This document shows positions 36,133 through 48,100 of a stretch of DNA of 64,000 bases, one piece after another. Location: NCBI GenBank assembly GCA_965202585.1, contig OZ241828.1, positions 70,928,001-70,992,000 on the forward strand. The letters run 5' to 3'. Each line of letters begins with the position of its first letter. The stretch's first letter is position 1. The notes beneath the pieces are model-generated. The model saw nothing but the letters and a program-made list of their open reading frames with translations. It was not told the origin of the DNA and made no database searches. Both the position numbers and the translations under genes were made by a program. Source of the stretch: Thalia democratica. Taxonomy: Eukaryota.

Positions 36133-39100
36133 GGTGTCCTGTTGAGTTTTGTTTACAACACGAGAATGCAACTCTTATAAGAAACAATAAACATATGTAT
36201 TTATATAGAAAATATGATTCTGCTTCAGCACCTTAAGTACAACACGTTAAATTTGTCTAAATAGTTTTTGTTTTATACTATTTTAACTCAAGTAAAGTCA
36301 AAATATGATTATATACATGATTTTTCTACTTAATAAGTTTGTGAAATATAAGTTAAAGTAGTTGATAAAAGGTGCGATTTATAAAATTATATTGATGATT
36401 TATAAAAAGTCAAACGAGTAATGTATATCTAAAGTACATAAAGCTTTAAAGCGTATCTTATAGATGTATTAAGAATCTTTAAAAAAATCTGCATGTTGTG
36501 TTGATTATAGATCATTAATAATTAAAGTATGTCGCCAATCAAACCATACTTCAATACGTAGTTTGTTTAGATATTTGATAAATAACCTTTAAAAACATGA
36601 CAATGAGACAAGTTGTAAAGTTGAAAAAATTGTTCATTAAAGTAAAAGCGTATTTAAAAAAACTCATTAGCTTAAAGTAGAACAATTTACGGTTTTAAAT
36701 TAAGTTCGTATAAAAGGTATTAATAGTTTATTTTTACAGTTGCTAAATATAAAGTGAGTTTAATATTGGAACTAGCCGCTGTAACTTGGGACAATTAGTA
36801 ATACATTAAGCACATAAGCTATAACAGTGAAAATGGTTGAATTATTTTATATCAAATAAATAGCTGCACAAAAAAAATTCTTTAGATCATACAGTTACTT
36901 GAAAAAAAAACAAACACTAGTTTATAATATTTAAACAAGTTACCGTAGTTCAGCGCGCAATCGACGATTTCTCTTGTGACGTCATAGTGACCGTTTCCGA
37001 TGCACAAGTGCAGCGGAGTGGAACCGTCGTTGTCCGCTTCATTGAGCATTTCCACCAATCCCTGCTGACCCGACTGCTCCTTGATTGTCTTGAGGAGGAG
37101 TTGGACTATCTGGTTTGAAAGTTTTTATTTTAACTACTATTTATTTACATTTTAAGTTACTATACTGTTTTTTAATCCCTCCAGCCACAATTTTTTTCGA
37201 TCGTTTGTAATGAAAACTATACTGTCTAGTTCAGGGTCTCCCAAACTTATTTTAACTTAAATACACATAAGATCTTTTTTTGCTCTTTATCGTCAACTCC
37301 AGAGTATATAATATAAGTTTTAATTTATGGCCTGATGGACCCTTATTGTCCTTTTACTACTTCCACCTCACTTCTTTGGTCCCTTTGCAGCTCAGGCCCC
37401 CTAAATTTTTGAAATGGCCCACTTTGGGAAACCCTGATATAGTTAAACTGAGACTGGTTAAATGTACGATATATATTTTTAAAGGTTAAAAGTAGTCTCA
37501 GCTTTTTTAGAGTGACAAAAAAGGCTTTTTATTTTATGCGTATAGTTTATGAACATATTAGAAAAAAAACTTTATTTTCATAAATAAAATACAATAAAGT
37601 TTTACATGATTTAATTATTGATATTAAGTTGACACTATGCTTAGCATGATAGTTTATTTGGTGTGTACTTTTACGAGAAACAGACAAAATGTATTCTATG
37701 ATTAAAAGAGTGTGAATATATTTTAATTACTGCAATATTCTTAGTTTCAATTAGTTTAATAATGCTAACTTGGCACAAGATTAAGGTCAGCCTGTTTTAT
37801 TCACACTTTGGTTATAAGTATTGATCTCAATGCCAACAATTTAAATTATTATTGACTATTAAAGCTGTTAATTAAAATGAAACCACTTTACTAGGCTATT
37901 GAAATTAGTTAATGTAGTTCTGTAACTTTGTAAATATTTATTTACAAAACTTGAATCGAAATTATAAATATGTAATAAAAATTAAGTTTTTTTTTGTGTT
38001 TATAAAAAAAGTCAGTTTAAATAAACAAGTAGTGATGTTTTATTTTTGAGTCTAATAAAAACCCAAACACGAAAGATACATAGTTTAGTTTTAATTCAAA
38101 TAAAACCGAAAAATAAGAGTATAACGTTTAACCTAATGTCGGAACAGTATAATTACAATTATAAGTTTAATCACCGTTAATAAGCTAACAACGAAGTTTG
38201 AATGACGTTAAAATCCCAGTACTTAGTTTCAAATGTATCTTATTAGTATTAATAGTAGTTAATAGTAATTGTAGTATTAATAGTAATGGATGATTGTAAG
38301 TTTGTTTAGACTTTAGAACTATGACACCTTTTAAAAGTGGTAAACGCATGTATTTTGAAAGTTTTATGATATATTAAAAAAAAAAAATTAAAGTATACGT
38401 TAGTAAAAACATTGAAATTAAAACCTAATCTAAATAATGCGATATTAACAACTACATTGTCATAAAAAGTACGTTTAACGTAAACAAAACTTAGGCCGTT
38501 AATAAGTCTAAAAATAGCTTATTTGGTGTTAGTTTTCTATTTAAATGGTGTTTAATCTTTAACTTTCTTAACAAAATGCGTATGTAATTGTGTTAGAAAT
38601 TATAAGGCGTTAGCTTAAACTAACAAATAACAATAAAAACAAAAATATTTTGTTTGTGCAGGGCTTTGAAAACATAGACTTATCTAACATACCAAAATAT
38701 AAAAACGTAAGTGTAAAGGAAAATAAGTAAACAATTTTTCCTAAGTTCGTACTATTTTAAGCAGTCCTTAAGATATTTTCGTATGATTAAAACACAAAAA
38801 TACTACCACCAAGTTAATTTTTGACAAACAAAGTGGTTTTAAATTGTAAAAGAGAAACGTTTTTCAAAGTTCAAAAAAAAAACTTGATGAGAATAAATTT
38901 ATCAATGTTAATGGAAAAAAAAAAGATTGCAAAATAACTCGAGTTTAGCAAATTATATGTGTTATAACACCAACTACAAAAAAAGTTAAAACACCTTACA
39001 ATCATCAAGACTTTACGACTTTTAAATTAAATATTTATAGGGAAAGCCCACATAAGCATATTTAAAATTAACTGTTTAACATTAATTTCTTAGTTTGACT

Positions 39101-42100
39101 TTAAAATTTACCATCGAACTATGACTGTTTAAAAATTATCTAAGTAAACAAGCTTCAAACATACTATTTTATTGCACCTAAGATTGTTTAAGAGTGATAA
39201 AAGAGCCACAAAATGGTTAAGAAATAAACATTAGAAAATTTATAGGTTTAATAAATATTTTTTAGTTACGGAAAAAATAATCTTAACTATGAAATTATTT
39301 AAGTGTGTAACTTAAGTTAAGATTTCACTATTGTTAGTTTTTTTTTAATTTACATCTTTAATAACACGTCTAAAAATTATGAAAAACCAATCATGATACT
39401 TACAATGTAAACTTATATACAATAAAAAACATTTAAGATTTAAAAACTCTTACAAATTATGTATTTCTGTCATAAAAGGTGTTATTCCTTAACAAAAAAA
39501 AAAGCTTTTTATGCGCAATACTAGCTAAAAACCAATCTAACAAAAAACAAACTTTCAAGTTTCCCTCAGCTGCTGCGAACTGCAGCGGTGTGCCATTGTC
39601 TTCGTCCTTACACCTTATATTGGCTTTGTGCTCCACCAACAAGTGGAATATGTCCACATTGCCGTAAACTGAGGACACGTGGAGTGGAGTCATCGACTGC
39701 TGGTCTGTTGCCTGGTATAATAATGAAATATTGACATATAGTTGATTATATAGAGCTTATTAGTTATCGGTAAAAAATTTAAATGGAAAGTTTCACTATT
39801 TGCATAATTAGTCTGACGACTATAATATACAATTACTATTGCTGGTCTGTAGCTTGTAAGACTATAGTAACCTAACACGTGTTTAGTTAAAAAAAACATT
39901 TACTTTAATTTTTTTGATGTTTGGTTTAGTTTTTTAAGAAATAAATAAATACTTAACTTATCAAATACTTGAAACTTTTATCTAAATCGTTTCTAAATTA
40001 ATAAAATATCTTCTTTAATTATCAACTTATCAATTGCTAAACGTTAAAGTAGTAAACTTTTGTTTCTACGAAGTTTGTTTGTAATAAAATGCTAAACAGT
40101 TAAGTAATCACATAAAAACTACTGGTTTCAAAAACTGACTTCAGTAAATGAAATTGAAACTAGTTTTAAAACTACCAAATAAAGAAAAACTAGTGAGCTG
40201 TAATAAAATTTCACCATTGTAATTTTTAATTTGTTTACAAACTAATGTTACTTAAAAGATAACCTATTTAAAATCATTATGTTTTTTTTTTATCTGATAT
40301 TCGTGTGTATGTTGCCAATGCAACATAAACATAACTTTGTTGAATGAAACAAGATAAAATATAAAATTAGCATATTTAAACTACCTTTTCATAGTTTTAT
40401 TTATGTTATATTCTTTTAAAAAAATATTAAATTTTGCAAAACATTTTAGTAAACAACTATTTTACGTTGCTTAATTTAAAACAAAGCTTGGTACTTTAAA
40501 TCTATTTATTTAAATTACTGTTTTGCTATCTAGCTGTAAGTTAAACTTGTTCTTATGAATTTAACATTTTTTGATTAAAATAAGTTCCTTTTATTTCTTC
40601 AATTATCAATTTTCATTGATTGGTCATAAATTCAAAGTAAAATAGTAACTTAAGATTGTTAAGAAACTGATAAAGTAGTAAAAGACAAAAACTCAATAAT
40701 TATAAAATATTGTATATGTCTATTTTTGATATTGAAAAACAGCCTAAATAATACATTAGCAATAAGGATAAGGAGTTTGTGTTAGTATTGTTATATTTTT
40801 GTTTAAGGTCACCAACTGTTGTTTGAAACACTTAATAAAAAAAAATATCGTGATATCAAAATTTAAATAAGCAAGTTTTTTACAAAAAAAATATATATAT
40901 AAAACTTAACGATTCATTAGTAGAAGCTTTTAATTATACTATTACTAGTTATATAAAAGCTGTTATTTTGAAACTCTACATTAAATTAAAATTTAACGTC
41001 AATGTTAAACTCAAATGTCGATAATAGGCTTTTAGATGAGAACTTTTGCAGACTCGAATATCAAAGAAGCATATTATGCGTATGCCCAATAAAATCGCTT
41101 AGTTATTATATAGAACTGAGCATACTGATAGCCTGCATAATGCATACAGAATAATGTATTATTGTAGGCGTAAGATACGAAGTGTGGATAAAGTAGTTTG
41201 TATAAACTTTCAAAAATAAAAGTTGGATTTTTTTAAGTTTCAATAACAAGTAAGTAATTTAAAAAATAAGTTAATTAACAAATCTGAACCTTGAAGTATA
41301 CAGTTAAAAAAATATATTTTATGAGCAGTTTAAATAAGCATTAATATCTCTACAAATTAGTTGAAATTTTTTACAGTTTTAAAACTTGTTTTATAAAACT
41401 GAAATTAAATAAATACAACCTGACTCTAGCAAAAATAGAAATTAAATAACTGAAAATAGATAGTACTAAGTATTGTAGCTACACGCTTAATAATTATATC
41501 AGTTCACCGAAATATACGTAAGGTTATCCATGAGTTTTATATTTAATATTGAATGTATGCAAAACATAACAACTTGTAAGAAAAAAATGAAAACACATAT
41601 TGGGTTGTTGAACAAATTTTTTTACACCTTCCTTACACATACACATTAGTACTAAACACACTAACACATTAGCATTTATACCAGAAATAGAAAACAAGAA
41701 AACCTAGACTTATTTTTATATCAACATGCTGTTTTGTCAACATACTCATAACTTTTTTTTGCAAAAAAAAACAAATAACAAGTTAAATTCAGAATACAGA
41801 TTAAAAATAAAATACCACTTAAATGAAATGCTCACCTCAATATCAACACTTGGTTGCTTTTTATCAACACTTTAGCACACTCGTGATTTAATTCATACTA
41901 CGAATGCATAAATGTAAGTCAGAATGTAGATTGAAAAAAAAAAATATGTAAAATATACCTTGTTTGATCAGTCTTTAGCGAGTTAAATTAAGAAAGAATT
42001 AAAATGGAATGAATTCAAAAAAATAAAAAAGGAAAATTACACCTCGTTCGGATAAGACATTAAAAGGTATTTTTGGTGAACGACTCGATAAACGAAAAGT

Positions 42101-45100
42101 TTCTCGTGCACCTGAGACCAAGTTATTTGAGCAATTTTTGTTTTGTCGTGCAATATCGATATTGGGTTGTTTTATGAGTACTTTAGCACACTTGTAAATA
42201 TTTTTTTACAACAAAATTGAACACACATGCGTAAGTCAAAATATATGCTAAAATTAGACATTAAAATAAAAAAAATATACCTTTATATTGAATATTTGTT
42301 GCTTTGTTGAGAACTTTTGCGAACTCGTAATTAGATATACATTTCAATTAATATAATTGCTACAAATAACTATATAAAAATATCGTAAAAAAAAAAACAA
42401 ACCTCAATATCAATATTGGGTTGCTTGATCAACACTTTAGCACACTCGTAATTTCCCCTCAACGCAGCGTGATGCAGTGGAGTCAACCCGTAGAAATCCT
42501 TCTCATTCACCAGTGCTCCCTTCTCTAGTAAAAGGTGGAGGCACTGAAGATTGAGGTCCTGAATACGAAGATCGTCATCGTCTTCTGCGTCCTAGAAAAA
42601 GTTAAAATTTAAGTTTACTAATCTTAAGATACAGACACCTGGCAAAATATAATTACTATATTAAGTTTACAAATTTCGGTTTCAGTAATAGCGAAAATAG
42701 TAAAAAAGCAAACTTAATCATTATACTTTGATTATTCATTAAAAAACTCATGGTATTTTTAGAAAAATAAGATTAAATAGAAGTTATTAGAAGTTAAATA
42801 GTTTTAGAATCAATTTCTACTGAATTGTACATAAATATTACTTAATAATTAAAATAAACAAACAGTTTCATCTTCAGTATCTTCTTCTTGTTTGAATTCT
42901 TTCTTCGGTTTGAATTTGGCTACCTGATGAAGTGCTGTGATCCCATCTTCTCCTCTTAAGTGAATTTCTGTATAACGTTAAATACAGCAATCAATTAAAA
43001 AAATAAGATATTTATACTTAATATCTATCATACATTTCATATTATCTATAGCACTCAAATAAAAAATGTTCTCGAATTTACAAAAATTAGTTAATCAATC
43101 ACTGAATCGATATTTTTAAACCTGTTTCTAAATTTTGAAATTTTTACTAGTACGTTGTTACTTTAAGTTTTACAAGTTTTTCAGTATAAGTTTAATTACT
43201 AAGAAAGATTTCTGAATGTTTGTTGTCAAAAAGGTATCATTAGATTAAAAAGTTAGCATGATTATAAGAACCAAATTGCTTTATTAAGGCAGCTACGATA
43301 ACAAAAAGTATGTTTAAATAATATGTTAATTTGTAACTAACTTACTTCTAATTATTTAACTAGCACGAGTACTTGATCGGTATAGTTACATTGATTATGT
43401 ATTTAAATTTGATAGGTACAATAAAAAAGGATCACTAGTTTAAGTTCAAAACAACAATTTAAAATAGTCAACATGCTTTTTTATGACAAACCTAAATATA
43501 ACAAACAAATTTTATCCGTCAAATAACTTAGCGATGTCTATGTGAAGAAATATCGTAACTATTGTATGCGTTAAGTCTTTTTTATTCTATAACACAGTAA
43601 CTAAAAGTTTTAGTTCTTATACAGAACAACACCAACTTGCACCATACTCCACCAACTATTCTGGTATTTTCAACATAGTTTATTATAACAACAACTATTT
43701 TTTTTATCATTTATTTTAAACAACTTACTTGCGCCGTACTCCACCAGTATTTTAGCCGTTTCCACGTGGTGGTACCTGACAGCGTAGTGCAGTGGAGTGC
43801 TCCTGTCCTGATCCCGCTTGTTGACCAGCCTCGCCGCCTTGTACTTGCTCATCCTCGCCAACACCTTCTCTACCATCTTGTCCTCCCCGTCTTTTGATAA
43901 CTGGTGAGAGATATAAGTTTTATTGAATTTAGATATATTTGCTTATTGTTCCAACTTTAGCTATATCGGATTGTAATGAGTGTTAAATTGTTTTTTATTC
44001 AGCATACGTTTGACTTTATAAACTTAAAAATGTTACAAAATAAAAATTCAATGTTTAAAATGAAATTTAATAAATAATTTATGTGCCATGGTTAAGGTCG
44101 TTTATACAATCAATTTTAAGACATTCGTTAATTAAAAAAAATATTTAGTTGTTATCTTAAAAACAGTATTTAAAAATAAAAACTTAAAATTTGTTTATCA
44201 AAGCTACACCTAAAACACTCTTATTACTTGTAATAGAAGCTAACTAAAGCTTAAACAGTTTACTTCGTGAACTAAATAACTAGTAACAACAATTAATATT
44301 TCATCATAAAAACTCAATACATGACTAAAAAAAACTTCAAATTAAATTAATTGTTAAGTTTTATTTTCAAAATTAAAAAGGTGCTAATAATTAAAAACTC
44401 AAACTTTAACGCTTTTTACTAATATATTTGCATTATTAAACTTCACCTATTATTTTTGTTGAAAACTTTTTGAACTACTGACAGTTTAACTAAAGTCATC
44501 TGTTATTAATATAACTTATATCATTAAAAACAAAAAAGTTTCCTACTTACCTCGTGTAAGTCGTAATCATTTCCATCAAAACTTTCCAATCTTTTTTCTT
44601 TCAGTTTCATGCTTTCAATGTGTGTTGATCCAATTCTGTTTAAAATAAAGTACTAACAGTTTAAAGAACAACAAAAACAAAAAAAATCTTAATTGACTGA
44701 TAAAGTGTTACATAATTGGAATCTGCGGTATGGAAATTATAAACAAATTTCGCTAAACTTTATTTTACAATTATATTTAATTTCAATAACTATTCAGTTT
44801 AATATTTCTAAACTTGCTTCCGGTTTTCTGAACCTTACATTTGTATATAAGTTTACACAAACTTACATTAAGTAAGAAAAAATGTATATTTAGACACTAA
44901 CGTGACTAAAACTTTTACTAAAAAGCTAAATAAAAGATTTCAAAAACTAAATCTTTCGAACTAACCTACAAAAATGAAAAAGCTCGACTGAATTTCAACA
45001 AAATATTTGTTTTCTAAACTTACTTTTAGAGAATAAACAGTGGCAAAATATTCTTTTATGGCTTATCATAAAAAAGGGAGTTAAATCTTTGAACTAATGC

Positions 45101-48100
45101 GTCTTTACAAAATATTCTTTTTTCAAAATTTTAGCTTTTTTTCTTTTTAGAAGTTGTGTTTTATCTCACACATCTTAATACTAATTCCAAAAATGACACA
45201 TATTAAGCTAGAGTAAAATATAAAGAAAAATATTTTATTTAAATTGTATATATGCTGAGAAAGTTTATATCTTAAACAAACCACTACTTCAAATCTTGTA
45301 GTATTTCTTTCAAAAATCAATGGAAAATAAAGTATTTTACTATCAGAAACAAATTAATTAAGCTCGATTACTTTAAACAATTTCTTTAATTTTATTATTA
45401 TTTTTTCTAATCATCAAAAAAAAAAAAACTTTCATATAGCCTTTACAGTTTGCAATCAAGTCTAACTTTACATACTTCTTTTAAACTCTATTATATCATG
45501 TACATTTAACCAGGAAAATTACTGCCAGGCACTTAAATGTTTCTTTTTTAATTTCTATCCTTTCACGTTTTTTTTTACTCTTTTAACATACTGCGGTAAT
45601 TTTGACCTGCATGTTTTAATTAGATCAAGTCAGCGGTTGAAAAAAAGTTGAAAACTTTTGTTTTCATAAAAACATGTTTCCGCAAAGAAGTATTTATTTC
45701 AATAATTGTACGCTTGTTTTTTTACTTTTAGAAGTAGAAATATAAAAACAAACTAAGACAAAAACTTAGTAAAAAGATTTGAGTTACTATATTTTAAAAA
45801 TACGTTTTTGAATATTATTGTACAACTTACTGTATGTGAGTATGACGTATAATAGTTTTTTTAAGTGAGAAATTTACGGAGTAGAGCAATTTCTAATTTT
45901 ACCTTTCTCATTTGCATAATGTAATGAATAAAAAAAATCAAAAACCCTACAATTGCAGCTTTTTGAATACTTTTTAGTCACTTTTTTTTTTACTAATTGA
46001 AGTAGCGAGTAGTCGTAAAACCGATTTAGTAAATTAACAAGATGATACATTTATATTTTAAAAGGGAAAATAGTAGCAATTTAAGCATAAAACATATGTA
46101 GTTGAATCAAATTCAAGTTTATAATTAAAGCTAAGTCAACAGCAGTTCACGTTTTGAAATAAAGCCGTTTGGTATTTTGAGCAATTAAACATAAAAGCTA
46201 CTAGAAGCACACTCCTTAAGAATTATCATAAATTTTCTTAGATGGTGTGCTTGCTTAAACTTGATTAAGAAATGTGTAGTCTTACTTTTTTTTTGAAAGT
46301 GACAAAGATAGTTGTTTTTTAAATTATAAAATACATGTTTAATTTCTCAACTTTTGTTTTTTATGACAACATAAACAAAAGCAAATAATATTTACAACAG
46401 TTTAAAATTTATTGTATGCAAAAAAATAAATCGAAAGTGGGTAAGCAAACAACAGTATATATTTAGCTGAAATGTGTTTTAAAGACAATGAGTTACCGTA
46501 AAATTATTGCCTATTACATAAACATATCTCTATACAACTATAGTTTTTAAAACTTGTCAGCATTTTATTTTGTTTTGAAAAACTTTCACGAGGTTTTATT
46601 TAAGAATGTTAAAAAGCTTTATCCAGAAAAATGCAACTAATAATAACACTAAAACTAAGATTTCAGTTCTACTATCAGTAGGTTAGTAAATTTATCATTA
46701 TTATAACTTACAATTTTTCTTTGACTATAAATGGCACTGATTAAGATTTCGCGTATGATTAAAGGTTAGCTAAAATAAAACATTTTAAGTTTGTATTTTT
46801 AAACACTAACGGAAGTTTTCCTTCTACAACCCTTTCACTTTCAAAAATGCTGCTGCTGTTATCAGCAACGCGAGATTTCTTGTGTTTTTTGTGCTTGTGT
46901 TCGGCGGCTAATTTCTTCTGTCTCTTTTTTCGTTTCTTCCGGGCCATTTTCATGTCGGTCCATTTTGCGCAGTCGATTTGGTATTGGTAAACTGCAGAGG
47001 CCACATTGTTTTGCATAGTTTGTAGTGTTATGTTTAAAAATGATTTTTTTTTGTTACTGAAACAAAAATTTATCATAGACATTGAATCATTGTTCTTTCA
47101 TAGTGTTTTTTAACTTAGAATATAAAAGTTAATAAATCTCAACCATCTCTATGCTTTTTAAGAAAAATAGTGTCAAAACGTTGTTTTTAAACTAAGATTT
47201 TAATAAAGCTTGCTTGTTCTATGTTTTTTAGTTTCTAAGAAAAACTTGAAAACATAAAAATTTACACATTTGTGTTTGCACAACTAAATCTAAAAAAAAA
47301 CTAATAATGAATTATGCAAGTAATTTAAATTTAATTTAGTTAAATTTTCATATCAGAATATACTTAAAAGTTTTCATTTCTTTTCTAACAGTTCAAAAAA
47401 ATTCTGTTTAAAAATATTAACAAAAAATAAAACAGCTTTAAAACTTTATTGTTAAAAAAAAAACCTAGATCTTAAAAAATATTTAGTTAGGTATTTTGAA
47501 AACAAAACTAAAAGTAATATTAAGCTTTATTTAGTATACATTTTATTTCGGATTTAGCGCTACAAAAAATACTGTGCTAAACTAAATTGTTAAATAAGTA
47601 ATTTTTGCTTAATAGTTTTCTTATACAAACTTAAAAAAAAATGTTTTGTATATGTTTTTGGTTAAACTACTTATAAAATAAAAAAACTGAAGTACTTAAA
47701 GACAAAGAGTTATTAAAATGTGATTTTTTTAAACTAATCACAACATAAAGACGTTATGGTTTGATTTATTTTAAGTTAGATTATTAAATAATATTTTTAA
47801 CACATATATTTATAAAAATGCTAAAGTGTGCTGTTAATCTTTTAAGTATTTTTTTAGACTTTTGATAAAAAAAAAATTGTAGTAAAGCTAAGTTCATACT
47901 ACATTGAAAAAAACTTGTTAAACGTATGTAAGTTGCAACGTAGCTTTATTGTTTTCAGTTACATATTAAACACTGTAATCGTTAGAGCTTCAGTGACGTA
48001 AAAATATTAAACAAAAACTGAGGTGCCAGCATTAATATTTTTATTTTGCATTCATCTTTATTACAAATTCAAAACCTGAAAAAAAATCATTATTATGCTT

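Noticed and set aside
23432-39667. Plus-strand ORFs overlapping TRPA exons (23432, 24994, 26519, 33348, 35167, 39479) and alternative-frame 26493-26735
   Set aside because: Shadows of GC-rich TRPA exons with no independent protein features.
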